From Chiloscyllium plagiosum (lineage: Eukaryota), in NCBI RefSeq assembly GCF_004010195.1, contig NC_057718.1, forward strand, positions 51,592,373 through 51,656,372: DNA of 64,000 nt, in the 5' to 3' direction. Below the pieces are notes generated by a model. It had not been told where the DNA came from, did not search any database, and worked only from the letters and a program-made list of their open reading frames with translations. The position numbers and the translations under genes are program-made. Below, in pieces: positions 1 to 12,970 of this stretch (position 1 is its first letter; every line of letters begins with the position of its first letter).

Positions 1-11
1 GCTCTCTGCCT

Positions 12-143
12 TTATTCCTGATGAAGGGCTTTTGCCCGAAACGTCGATTTTGCCTGTCCTCGGATGCTGCCTGAATTGCTGTGCTCTTCCAGCACCACTA
101 ATCCAGAATCTGGTTTCCAGCATCTGCAGTCATTGTTTTTACC
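12..143 (+). mobile_element. Penelope-like element 3' end / pseudo-LTR fragment
   Basis: Same GATGCTGCCTG..TGCTGTGCT..TCCAGCA..CCAGCATC motif that terminates the GIY-YIG-bearing copy at 19200-19780. Confidence 0.75.
14..49 (+). ncRNA. Minimal hammerhead-ribozyme motif (Penelope-associated), intact core
   Basis: attc-CTGATGA-A-GGGC-TTTT-GCCC-GAAAC-GTC-gatt: all core nucleotides present, 4-bp helix II, palindromic ACGT in place of helix III. Activity untested. Confidence 0.7.
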
Positions 144-149
144 TGAATG

Positions 150-530
150 AACCAAAAATGCCTTATTCACCAAAGTGGATGTGAACAGTGGATTTTCGCA
201 ATCCTGACTTGATGAAGACTCCACCAATCAGGCATTACGGCTTTACTCAATTATCATTTTGAGTAGCATCCAAAGGAGACATTTTTCAATGAACGATATT
301 AAATAAATTGGAAGACACTGATGTGGTAATAGGGCACATGGACAACATATTAATATGATAAGCCACAGAAGAACATGACCAAAGAGTTAGAACAGTCAAG
401 AACATTCATCAGAATGAGGATCTAATGTTGTATGCAAAGTTTGTATAACCAAGATTAATTTCTCAGACACATAATCTAAATACTGGAATTACAATTGACC
501 CTTTGAAGGCTGTTGGAGAATTCCCATTAC
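150..530 (+). mobile_element. Decayed Ty3/Gypsy reverse transcriptase fragment
   Basis: Manual translation gives ALFTKVDVNSGFSQS*LDEDS ... VIGHMDNILI ... EEHDQRVRTV, resembling Gypsy RT FSKLDANSGFWQ / HMDDILI / EEHDxRL; stops and frameshifts. Confidence 0.6.
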
Positions 531-552
531 CAATATAATCAGCGAATCATGC

Positions 553-1458
553 AGTCATACGGCATAGAAACAGACCCTACTGTCCAACTGGTCCACATCG
601 ACCATGTTCTCAAACAACTAGTCCCACCTGCCTGCACTTGGCCAATATCCTTCCAAACCTTTCCTATTCATGTACTTAGTCAAATGTCTTTTAAATGTTG
701 CAACTGTACCTGCATCTATCACTTCCTCTTGTAGTTCATTCCACACATGAACCACTCTCTGTGTCAAAAAGTTTACCCCATTTCCTTTTTAAATCTTTCT
801 CCTCTCATCTTAAAAATATGCCCTCTAGTTTTGAACTCCCTACACTAGGGAAAAGACTCTTGTTATTCACCTTATCTATGCTCCTTATGATTTGATAAAC
901 CTCGAAAAGGTCATCCCTCGACATTCTCAGCTCCAGTGAAAAATGTCCCAGCCTATCCAACCTATTTTCATAACTCAAAACTCTCTCCATTCTTGGCAAC
1001 ATCCTGATAATTCTTTTTTGAACCTTCTCCAATGTAATAATATCCTTTCTACGGCCGGGCATAGAACTGCACAGAGTATTCCAGAAGAGGTGTCATCAAC
1101 GTCCTGTACAACTTCAACATGACGTCTCAACTCCTGGGCCTGAGCAATGAAGACAAACATGCTAAATGCCTTTTCAACTGCCTGGTTTTCCTGTGACATA
1201 AATTTCAAAGAATTATGTCCCTGAACCCCAATGTCTCTCTTTTCTACAACACTACCCAGGACTCTACCATTAATTGTATAAGTCCTGCCCTTGTTTGCTT
1301 TACCAAAATACAATACCTTGCATTTATCCTTTTGAAACTCAAACTGTTAATCCTCAGTCAATTGACCCAATTAATCAAGACCTTTATGTAATTTTAGATG
1401 ATCTTCCTCACGGTCCATTATACAACCAATTTTGGTATCATCTGCAAACTTACTAACA
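553..1458 (-). mobile_element. CR1 (HER1-like) LINE 3' fragment
   Basis: ORF pieces LEKVQKRIIRMLPRME..SYENRLDRLGHFSLE and MYFGKANKGRTYTINGRVLGSVVEKRDIGV, typical CR1 ORF2 C-terminus, plus 3' UTR. Confidence 0.9.
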
Positions 1459-2488
1459 ATGCAGGAATTTCTAGAAAGGTGGGGTGGAATCCATTCTTTA
1501 AGAACAGACAGCATCATCAACCATTACCTGCATAGTAGCTCGGACTTTCCCATTGATACTACTGAAGTAACGTGCATGGACAGCACAGTAAATAGTGCAC
1601 AGCACTGTGTGCCCTATGGATTAATATGGGTTGCTTAGCGATCTTTGAAATCTGAGCCAGTATGTGAACCATCTTTTCCTTCTTATTTAGCCGGGAGTCT
1701 AGTGACAATTTTAAAATGTTACAGATGCTATATGACTAGTTTGTGTAAAATAAAATAAACAGATCACAATTCTACTAGCCACGAGAGTTAACAGAAGTAC
1801 AAGAATGTGGTAACAGTTACCATATTCAGATCAGGGTGAATAAAGGCATTAAGAACAATATAAGCTGTAAGCTTGTGAACAATTTTCTGGAGGTGGAAGA
1901 ATTGACAGAAGAGATGACTTCTGACTTCTAATTTGCAACCATCATGTAACACTGTTTGTGTCTAATGATCAATTTCATATCCATTAAGAGGAAATTTCAA
2001 TATGATGGCAAAGCACTTTGAAATGGCAAAAAGTCACCTCTTATTTATAATTAAACTTAAAGTCAAATATTGATCAAATGAAAAATAATGTCACCACCAT
2101 TTGTTTTCTGAGCAGAATGCACAAATTGAAAACCATTAAATGTGCAATTGAAATGAATTGTGAAGGAAAGTAAAACAGCCCAGCATCAACCGAAAGGAGT
2201 TGTTTGGCACTTTTTGTTTGTGGCCATAACCAACAGTTTATCATTGAGTATCTCATTTTTAACACACATTTTTATATGTTTAAAACACTCTCTTGCATTT
2301 CACTAATGTCTCATAACTCCTGAATATATTTTTAACGGCTCACAACACATATGAAGCCCAGTTTCTGTATTATTCCCCAAAATAACAATTTGCCTTTTAT
2401 AACATTTCATAAACAGATTGCACTAGAATTGTATATATAATTGTGCTGCACATCTGTGTGTTAGGCAGCAATTTAGTAATGCAACCAT

Positions 2489-2780
2489 TGGTGCTATGGT
2501 AGCTCAGTTGCCTCACAGTGCCAGGGATCTGGGTTCAATCCCAGCCTTGGATGACTGTCTGTGGGAAGTTTGCACATTCTCCCCTGTCCTCCCACAGTCC
2601 AAAGATGTGCAGGTTAGGTAAATTGGATGAGCTAAATTGTCCAGGGATGTGTAGGTGAATTAGTCAGGGTAATGTAAAGTAGTAGGGTAACGGAATGGGC
2701 CTGGGTGGGTTACTCTTCGGAGGGTCGATGTGGACTTGTTGGGCCTAATGGCCTGTCCCCACACTGTAGGGATTCTATGA
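2489..2780 (+). mobile_element. HE1-type V-SINE (tRNA-derived), diverged
   Basis: GCCTCACAGTGCCAGGGATCTGGGTTCAATCC head, V-domain AGTTTGCACATTCTCCCC..TCCCACAGTCCAAAGATGTGCAGGTTAGG, CR1-derived tail. Confidence 0.85.
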
Positions 2781-3527
2781 TAATAATAGGTATATTTTGT
2801 AGTTCTATTCTCCATAGAGATGGCTACTCAGATTCCATCAAAGTACTCTCAACCTGTCTAATACTTTGATTGTTTGAGGAAATACCGAACCTCAATCTGT
2901 GAAGTTGATGAAATTTTGAAATACAATCTGGCAATGCAGCTGAGTAGTGAGGTGAAGCCTGAACACACAGTGCAATGTGAATCTCACCTCTGCAGCATTT
3001 TGTGGAGGACAAATATCTTCTCATGGAAACAAAACATATATAAGAGATAGCTATCATTAAATACTCTGTATGCTTTTAAGTAATTCAGGAACATAGGTTC
3101 ATGTTCCACTTGCTCTAGAGTTGTGTCATAACATTTCCAAACAGATTGATTAGAAAATACCATTCAGTGAAAAACTTACAGGCAGAGTCTAATAGCAAGT
3201 AATACATCTGCATTCTTGGTGCACAAGTGAAGAGAAAATCAGTAGAAAGATTAGAGAAAATATAACTGAATAATATAACTATATAATTTCAGACTTCTGA
3301 TTTTGTGTAACCTCAATGGGTGGCTTCACGTTTTAAAAATCCGCAGCCAAATCTGTCTCTATTAAATCACTCTGCAAGTTGGGGGAAAGGCCAAAGTCAG
3401 GTAAACTTTGCTAAGTATTTGACACTAGGATTTTCCTGACAGAACAATCTCAATTTTAATTTTAGCAAATGACATGTACAGTGGGAGGAAAATTCACAGA
3501 GAATCCTCAACATAATGTCCACCTTAC

Positions 3528-3631
3528 TTATATTAGTACACATATAATATATATATAGTGTTTGTATATACAGGTATATGTACAGTATATATGTTTTTTA
3601 TATATATATAATATATAAAATATATCCATAT
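3528..3631. repeat. Degenerate (TA)n microsatellite
   Basis: Interrupted TATATA runs. Confidence 0.7.
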
Positions 3632-4507
3632 AGCAGGTGGTGTGATTATTGTTCATGTAAAGTGGGAATGGAAGGCTAGCTTGGACATTGCTGAAAAGCT
3701 TGAATCTGAAGGTGATAAGTGTTTCAATAAGACATTCAGCAATTTGGGAAGAAGTCAAACACAGGTAATATTTTATGAATACCTAGGTATTATGGTAGAC
3801 AACACATGGGGCCTGAAGTTCAGCTCAAGTTCAAGCAGGACTTTGAAGCATAAAGAGCATTGGATTTGGAGTTAAAAGGGAAGCCAATGAGATAAAATAG
3901 GATACAATTAGCTGAGATATAGAAGCTGTGTGAGTGCTTCTGGATCATATCACTGACAGACGGAATACAAATGAACAAACAAGGGTCAACATTAAAGCTT
4001 GAGGTGCATGAGTGGTACTTTGCATGCGAGCAAAGATAAATCAATGCAGAAGATGTGGACAGTTCTGCCTAAGCAAACAAACAAAAAAAATCATTTAGTT
4101 CTTACAATCTGTGGAAAATCTTCATTGAAGTTGGACCATCAAACATTGAGTATCTATCACCTTAGATCACTTTTATTTCTAGCTATGTAAATAAATTTGT
4201 ATTCAAATACAATAGTGAAAGGTAATTATTTTTCCCTTAAATATTTCTGTTTCTGATCATGAAATATGACAGCAGCACTGGCATTTTCAAAGATCTTAAA
4301 GATGAAGAGGATGCTATAAATTTAGTTATCCATGGAAATTTAGCTATCTATTGAAAGTTCAATAGTCAGTTGTTAAAGCAAGATTTAAAAAAAAAAATTC
4401 AATTTCCAATTTTAATTCAAAAAGCACACTGTATCCCAACCTTCACCATGTGCAGGGCAAGCCTAGCTCAAATGGTGTTTGGATACTGTGCTCTTGCACT
4501 GGCTATC

Positions 4508-4737
4508 CAGTAAAATGAGGAGAAAGTGAGGTCTGCAGATGCTGGAGATCAGAGCTGAAAATGTGTTGCTGGAAAAGCGCAGCAGGTCAGGCAGCATCCA
4601 GGGAACAGGAGAATCAACGTTTCGGGCATAAGCCTGAAGAAGGGCTTATGCCCGAAACGTCGATTCTCCTGTTCCCTGGATGTTGCCTGACCTGCTGCGC
4701 TTTTCCAGCAACACATTTTCAGATTCAGTAAAATGAG
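4508..4737. mobile_element. Fold-back Penelope-derived insertion with hammerhead core and 12-bp TSD
   Basis: Arms 4555-4634 and 4643-4722 are near-perfect reverse complements; TSD CAGTAAAATGAG at 4508-4519 and 4726-4737; core CTGAAGA-A-GGGC-TTAT-GCCC-GAAAC-GTC at 4634-4661 (+). Confidence 0.9.
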
Positions 4738-7184
4738 CCAACTATGCTCCCCAGGAGTCCATGTTTCTGAGACAGCACACACTTTTGTAAAGGTTTTATT
4801 ATTCTGGAACTTTGGATAGTCTTGTTAGGAGCACAATGTTTTCTATCACGTGGCTAACCAGAAATCTTTCCTATTCTTCCTACCTGCCATTGCAGTTTGT
4901 TGGAAGAACTTACAAGTTGATACCCAAACCTTTTGGTTATGGTACAAATGTACCTTCCTAAACAAGCAAGTCTGTGAATGGACGTTGAAACTGGAGACTC
5001 TTGAGGAATCCCCACAACTACTGTGAAACAAAATCTCCCTACCTGAAGATTTAAGAGCTTATACGACAAAATAAAACTGCTGCATGTCCAGAAAGTATAT
5101 GGAATAAGCCATAGTTGATTTTCTGCTAAATATGATGACCAAACATCTAGAACAAAGTTGTAGAGTACAGGTATTGTTGTTTTACTGAATTATAAAGATT
5201 GGTTTTAAAGGATTTTTCTTAGTTCTATGAGGTAGCGGGAAGGGGAGTCAGAACTGGAGCAGCTGTGATTGCTGTGGGACTGCCTATTGATAGTACTTGC
5301 ATAACTAAGTTTATGCTTACTTTATGCTACTTTATATTTAGTTGAAGCCTGCATGTTAGATTCTTTGAAGTTACTATATTTGCACTGTTTACCCCATTGT
5401 AGGGCATCTCCACAAAATTCAATATAAAAATAAGTTTAATGCATGCTCATCAGACAAAATGTATATATAAATGTTCCCGTATAATTAATTTGACACGTTT
5501 ACTTCATTACGAGCAACAGATATTACCTTCAATTAATCTACTAGATAATCAAGTAAAACTATTTCCAACAAACATCTCGTGAACAGATGAAGTGAGCTAA
5601 TTACTGCTCTGACTGTGGATCAGTACAATTCAGGGAACAAAAATCACTGATAAATCTCCATTTACTCTGGTGTAAGCCAAATGTGATTAGTTGCAGCTAT
5701 GACCTGTAAACATAGCATCACCAAGCAGACAACTGACAATGCTTTGGAATATGTTAAACAGAAATCATTAATGTATTATATATCTCATGGTTTGGCTGCA
5801 TGCTACAATTTTTTTGGCATTTCACTTTCATTTGGAAAGCCAATATTAATCATTGTCTTTGGGAAAACAGATGATATTCTTTTTATTTTGCAAATGTAGG
5901 TCTTGTCTTCAGCAAATTGATTTAAAATGCACCATATTTTGCATATGATTTAGCTTTTGGAATTATTTCCATCAGATTCTCTTCAATGTCCCATTGTCTG
6001 GATAAGAAATGCTTCATTGCCAGCATAATTGGAGGATTGATGAAATTGGTTGCACACACGACTTGCCTGTTCTCCAATGCAGCATTCCAGATTACTGACC
6101 CAGTGGAAAATGCATGTTTTTCTGAAGCAGCTTTTAAATGGCAAAACACTTCAGATGCTATAAATCTGAAATTTAAATAAAAACCTGAACATTTCTGATC
6201 CAATCAATCAGCAAATTTGGCATCCTGCTTTTGTGAGCGCTGTCCCTTAAGTATTCATTTGCTGAGAGCTCACTTTAGTTAGATTAGCAATTTAAACATC
6301 ATTAGACACATCATCTAGCTGCACATGCAGGTTGTACAGCAACTTTTAGTTAATGTCAGCTATGGGTTATTTTGCTTATAAACAAGAAATGGATATATGA
6401 AAATGGACACATGATGTGCCCTCCAACTTGTGTTTGAAACTGTCTTTGTCAACACTGATGGGTTCCAATGGAAGGCAATCCCAGTGCAAGAGTCAGATTA
6501 TGACTCAGATTTGCAGCTTCTTTATTTCTTTAAATGAAATTGCTTCCTCCTGTATTTTAACTAAGGTGTGAACCAATATATTTCATATAAGAATATTAAA
6601 TATGGATATAACATGAAATAAAAATCTTAAATGATCAAAGTGCAACCACATTTTGATAAAGCCTAAACTAATTTAATGCCAAATTCCACATACAGTAAAT
6701 TGAAATATTGCTCTGTGTTGTGTATACTGAACTAAGGATAAAATCTTAATTTAAATGGAAGTGTTCATCTGATGTTTCCATTGAATTACTGCTCTGTTCT
6801 GGTGAGAAAATGTAAACATAGAATCCAAATGATGTGCATTCAAACATTGACTCCATTCACTGGGCACCAGCACCCACTAGCTTATGGAGGAAGGGACAGA
6901 ATCTCTCTTTGCCACTTGCAGTGAAATCGTGCATTTTTTTTCTTTTTAAACATTATACACTACGACAAATAGTATATAGGCAAATGCAAGATAAGCCAAT
7001 TATGAATAGTTGCATTGTTTCCCAAACCTACACAGCACTTGAGACAGAGCAAGTCCTTCGCTTCATAGCAAAAATTGTTTCAACATTTTCCAGCAAATTT
7101 CGTATCAAATACCATCAGAGGGTTATGTTGTATACTTGTATTTAACATTTAACTCCAAATTATTTGTGAACCTGGTGAACATGT

Positions 7185-7762
7185 CCATTGCTTGGGACAT
7201 CATGTTGTGACTGTAAAAAACATTGGTGAGATCACTTTTAGAATACTGGAAGGATGTTGTGAAACTAGAAAGGGCATGGAAAAAATTATAAGGACATTGA
7301 AGAGACGGGTGATTTGAGTTATAAGGGGAGACTGGACAGACTGGGACATTTTTTGTCTGGAACACTGGAGGATAAGAGGTGATCTTATTGAGGTTTATAA
7401 AATCATGATGGGCACAGATGAGGTGAATAGCCAAGGTTTTTTTTTCCCCTGACTTTGGACAAGTCCAAAACTAGAGGGCAGAGATTTAAAATGAAAGGGG
7501 AAAGATTTAAAATGGACCTGAGGAGCAACGTTTCCACTTAGATGGTGGTGCACGTATGGAATGAGCTGCCAGAGGAAGAACTAGATATGGGTACAATTGC
7601 AATATTTAAAAGACAGTTGGACACGTACTTGAACAGGAAGAGTTTAGAGGGATATGGATCAAATGTAGATCAATGGGACTAGTTCAGTTTGGGATACCTG
7701 GCTGGCAAGGTCGAGTTGAAAAGGAGGTTCTGTTTCCATGCTGTGTGATTCAATGATTCTAT
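7185..7762 (+). mobile_element. CR1 LINE 3' fragment
   Basis: GAGGTGATCTTATTGAGGTTTATAAAATCATG (RGDLIEVYKIM), TGGAATGAGCTGCCAGAG and CR1 3' UTR ending TGATTCAATGATTCTATG. Confidence 0.85.
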
Positions 7763-8401
7763 GGCTCTGTGCACAATGGACTCTGATCTACTAATTGTAG
7801 GTAAAGAGAAGAATTTGAAGGAGCTATGTCTAAGTGCTAAAGTGACAGTTCTGTAGAGATGGGTCTCAATTATTTTCTGACCTCCAAATAGTTTTTGCAG
7901 AATGATGGTGGTAGTTGCTGAAATTTGGAAACCAATGTGTTTATAAAATATGCTACACACATGTACTTTTATAAGAGCAGTATATTTTTGAAAACAACCC
8001 TGTTAACTCCTATTTTATGAACAAGAAAATAACATACTACAAGCAAGCAGAGTTTTAAAAGTATTATTTTGCAAATTTCCTGTAACATTTAACTGAACTT
8101 TGCAAGCAAGTAATGAAAAGTTAAATATTAGCCACAATGTCAAAAACTCTACTTGATTATCAACAATGAGGATGAAAAGCATGCACAATGATATAGATTA
8201 AATGAGTATACTGCCATCTGATGGTCATTGTTAATATTTCAGTGTTAAACTTGGGTTCTTAAAATCTGTTGTGCATGAAGGAATAAGGAAAAGACAGCTG
8301 GCATGTCATGATATTTACCCTTTAGGATTAGCATTTGGTGCTCTGCTTTACCTCATTTGCACATATATTATTTACAACTGTTTTTCATTTTTTTGTCACT
8401 G

Positions 8402-8601
8402 AATAGTACATGGCTAGAGACAAAAAAATCTGCAGCTGCTGAAATCTAAAATAGACAGTCAGGAGGCTGGAAGAACACAGCAAGCCAAACTGAGTCCTGA
8501 AGAAGGGTTACACCCAAAATGTTGACTTCTTCACTTCTTGATGCTGCCTGGCCTGCTGTGTTCTTCCAGCCTCCTGCCTGTTTATACAAAATAGTACATG
8601 G
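8402..8601. mobile_element. Fold-back Penelope-derived insertion (different subfamily) with decayed hammerhead and 12-bp TSD
   Basis: CAGGAGGCTGGAAGAACACAGCA / TGCTGTGTTCTTCCAGCCTCCTG inverted arms; TSD AATAGTACATGG at 8402-8413 and 8590-8601; CTGAAGA-A-GGGT-TAC-ACCC-AAAATGTT from 8497. Confidence 0.8.
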
Positions 8602-11532
8602 TATATATACCTAATTGCTGGTTACCGATCACACAGAATTCTAAACCTCAACAACAAATAAGACTGATGACAATCATGGTTATACTGGATACTAAGCACA
8701 TTTCCACCAGGACCAATCACTTCTCAAGGCTACTTCTCTGCACCCATAATCTCACCACTTAAATTATTAAAATGTGCAAATACGGTGAAAGGTAATTTTC
8801 TCAATAAGTTTACTGGATATTAACATAAGGAGAATAATATAAGATTTGAAAATTATTGACTAAATAAGCATGAAGACATTTTAAAAAAAAATTGCTACTC
8901 TTTGAAGTGACTTATGGAAGCCTAAACAAGAACTTCACCACAAAAAGCTTCCCCCTGATTGGAAACCAAGTATACCAACCTGGTCTACTACATGATCAAA
9001 TCCTGTTAAAAAAAATCCACATACTGTGAGAATTAAAATTGTGTAGAAGATGGGAAAATCCAGACTCCTACCCAACAAATTGACATGTCGTACTGGGTCC
9101 ATTCCTTTTCTCAGTAAATTAATGTCTCACTCACATTATTCACTTAGATCTGTCATAAATATTGAGTGAATGTGCGATTCTAAGATTATCACTTGTCACA
9201 ACTCATCATTCTTTCCCCCTGTGAGCTGTACAGCCTTCAGTTAGGTCTCTTCAGTGGGTCAGATAAAGTTTAACATTATCCTGTAGGAACTTGCCTGCAG
9301 TCTTTCATGGTAGCAGATTCTACTGAGCATTCTTTTAGCAAACCTGTAAATTTAGGCTTTAATTCTAAAGAATTTACTTTTCCAAAGAAGCAACAAATCT
9401 ATAAACATATGTATTTTTTATGCTTGCTTCAAATTATGTTTTATTCTCCTGGTTTTATCTAATCCATTTTGTTAAAAAAAACCTATATTTTCGCAGTCCA
9501 TTAATCAAATTTGTTTAAACACTCTAATTATCTTGCACCAAAGGTACCAAAGGCCCAGTAATTATTTATATCTTGCTCTACATAGTTACAATGTAGTTGC
9601 GTTTTTCCTGTAGGATCTACAATTAGGTTTCTTCTTCCAGAAGCAGCGAAATATAATGTGTTATATCTTCAGAGGTTGCAAGGCTTCAATGTCACACTTG
9701 ACATCTTTGTAGCTGTTAGTGTTTTGCAATGATCCTAAAAGTTGCAATTACATTCTCAAAATTACTTTCACTACATTATGCAGCACCAGGTTTGAAAAAA
9801 TAAGATTTAATGAGTATGAAATTCTAAGATAGATCTGTAATTTAATGACACTATTGCATAATTTGCATGTGGAGCTTTTTCTGAAAAGGTAGATATATAA
9901 CTTCATTTCAAAATTTTGAAGCAAGATCCCCAAGCTTGATTTATGCAACTATTTTTGATAATATTACAATCGACGTGTGTTACTTGAATACATTGTAATG
10001 GTCCTCTTTAATAATCTGCACAGTTATCATATTGGCTCATGTCTCATCCATATACATAAGAACTTCAGATGTACATGTTAAAGTGACAACGGCGTTTGAG
10101 GAATGTTGAACTTCACATTAGAAAATGTTGGAGGAGCAAAAAGAACATGAAAAGGCTTAAGAACTAAAGTTGTGGTTTTACCTCAGTGCACAAGATGAGT
10201 GGATGCAGGATGCATCAAGCTACATCGGAATTATGACCCCCTAGGATATTCCTGGGTTTTACATGCAGATTTCCAGGGCAGGATTTCCAGGAGGTCATGC
10301 CAGGCAATGGAAACTGAGCGACAGCCTTTGGCCTATCATACTTGGGGAAAGCTTGCCTTATTAAGTATCAGTCAAGAGTATACTAAGCCAGTGATAGACA
10401 TTCCCCCAATTGAAATGGTTTTGGGAACCAAAATCAGAGGCTCACCACTGGGGGAGCTATGGTAGTTGACAGTACTGTATCCACTACAACCCAGGAACAG
10501 TGAGGGACTGAGACCACAAGGGAATTAGAGTGGAACTGGGGATTCACAGTGGGAGACACTGGTTGGGAAGAAGGGGAGCAGGGATTGACTATCAGTGGGC
10601 CTCCCCTTCCTGATGTCAGGCCCCTTAAACATACACTGTACTCTTGATTAAGGGATCCCACTAGGGGTCCATAACCAAACTTGACAAGGTTTGCTTCTTG
10701 GGCTTTCTACATGACTGTCTTGCTCATTACTGATTGAGTAGTGGCAGCTATGGCACAGGTGTCATCAGGGCAGGAAGGATATCCTCAAACCTTCCTGTAA
10801 AAGTTACCCATTTGTGGCACAGGCAGGAAGATATCAACTGGTACTCTCCCACCCAATTAAATACCTTCACTGCCTGCATGCACACCTTAAGGGATGGGTA
10901 TTAAATTCTGTCCCTTTCTGTAATTAGCAACCAATTGTTTCTGGCAGAGTATTGACAGATTTTGGTAGCTGGCCAAATGCTACCCATGACTCAGGTAAAC
11001 TAATCAGCTGATAAAGCCCAGGGTGAACAAGCCTAAATTTTCTTTGCGGGCTTGGTGGAATATTTCGTGCTCTTCTGAGCCATACATGGAAGTTTTAAAA
11101 AAGTAAAATAAAGATGCATCCTTACTGACCTCCTCTGACTCTTTGGAGGTGACTCCTCTTCCCACTCATTGTTCTGTGACGGCACAACTATTTCCCTGCT
11201 CAGACTGGTCAGGCCTGAACAATATTGTTGGGACCCAATCTGCATGTTTAAAGAAGGTGTCTGCCACTTCCCAGCTCATGTTCAGCTTTCAACACAAAAT
11301 TGCAAGATAAAGTCTGTGGGATTGGGGCGGGATGGGAAGTGGGTAAGAGAATGCCTTCCACTGATGATTTTAACTTATTGCTTGATCTTGCTAGCATTTA
11401 AAGTTACAATTAGCCCTTGAGAGTTAAAAAAACAATCAGCATCTTCAAAGCCAAGTGTTTGGCTACATTCAGAATAAAAAGGGAACTGAGACAAAGACAT
11501 TTTGAAAACAATGCAATAATACAATGCCCTAG

Positions 11533-12380
11533 CATAGAACATAGAACGTAGAACATAGAACAATACAGCGCAGTACAGCCCCTTCGACCCTTGATGTTGT
11601 GCTGACCTGTGGAACCAATCTGAAGCCCGTCTAACCTACACTATTCCATTCTCATCTGTATGCCTATCCAATGACTATTTAAATGCCCTTAAAGTTGACA
11701 AGTCTACGACCCTATTGCTCTTTGAGTAACGAAACTACCTCTGACATCTGACCTATATCTATCAACCCTCAATTTAAAGCTATGTCCCCTCGAGCTAGCC
11801 ATCACCATCCAAGGAAAAAGGCTGTCATTGTCCAACCTATCTAACCCTGTGATTATCTTATATGTCTCACGTCGCCTCTCAACCTTCTTCTCTCTAATGA
11901 AAACAGCCTCAAGTCCCTCAGCCTTTCCTCATAAGACCTTCCATCCATACCAGGCAATATCCTAGTAAATCTCCTCTGAACCCTTTCCAAAGCTTCCACA
12001 TCCTTCCGATAATGTGGTAACCAGAACTGTAAGCAATATTCCAAATGTGGTCGCATCAGAGTTTTGTACAGCGGCAGCATGATCGCATGGTTCTGAAACT
12101 GAACCCCTCTACCAATAAAACACACCATATGCCTTCATAACAACCTTATCAACCTGGGTGGCAACGTTTAAGGATCTGGACACTGAGATCTCTCTGCTCA
12201 TCTACACGATCAAGAATCTTACCATTAGTCCAGTACTCTGCATTCCTGTTACTCCTTCCAGAGTGAATCACCTCACACTTTTCCACATTAAACTCTATTT
12301 GCCACTCTCAGCCCAGCTATACAGCTTATCTATGTCTCTGTAACCTATAACATTCTTCATCATTATCCACAACTCTACCT
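11533..12380 (-). mobile_element. CR1 LINE 3' fragment with (TTCTATG)n tail
   Basis: ORF LYKTLMRPHLEYCLQFWLPHYRKDVEALERVQRRFTRILPGM; (ATAGAAC)n at 11535-11560. Confidence 0.92.
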
Positions 12381-12850
12381 AGCAAGTCAGTATTTTTTAC
12401 TAGGCCCTACTTGACACATCAATCCTTCCTGTGCTAACTATGCTTCTTCCAATCACCACAGTCTCCCATTTAGCTAATCTTGCATTAAAATGTCACATAA
12501 ATATACAGTGAAACAACATCAAATCATGAAGGTACACTCAAACTCAGTGACCATTCAGAACCTTTAGAGAAATCTACTAGTCCATATATATTTTGCTTCT
12601 GGACAATTACACTCAGCAATATTTCTGCCAAGCACCATTCATAGCTTCACATGTAATGAAATTAGCAGCATGTTATATCTGTTTCAGCATTTCAGCTACA
12701 TTTCATAAACAACATCTTTATAAAATGATCTCACACTCGATGAGTTATTACACAAGCCCTTCGGCTTCATGCTGCATCATTACTTGTCATGTCAAAAGTC
12801 ATGCAATAATTTGGGAATCACAACGGTATGACACCTATTTGCGTACTTAC

Positions 12851-12970
12851 GGTCATTGCACAGGGTTCCTGTATAGGATGTCATACTACAGTCACAGCTG
12901 AAGCCATCCCACTGCTGGAGACAGACTCCTTGGTTTCCACAGGAATCCTCTTGGCAGGTTGTACTTGGTC
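12851..12970 (-). CDS. NRXN1: Alpha-neurexin exon E, 120 nt; third EGF-like domain
   Basis: [40 protein letters not shown] with six EGF cysteines; [16 protein letters not shown] is NRXN1-type. Acceptor TGTTCTAACTTAG|GA, donor GACC|GTAAGT; phase 1-1. Confidence 0.96.

Noticed and set aside
4555..4722. miRNA precursor or DNA-transposon MITE
   Set aside because: Arms match the 3' end of the GIY-YIG Penelope copy, the TSD is long (12 bp) and the arms are asymmetric. Small-RNA production cannot be judged from sequence.
1..12850. Beta-neurexin promoter or first exon
   Set aside because: No CpG island or signal-peptide/His-rich ORF on the minus strand; expected further downstream.
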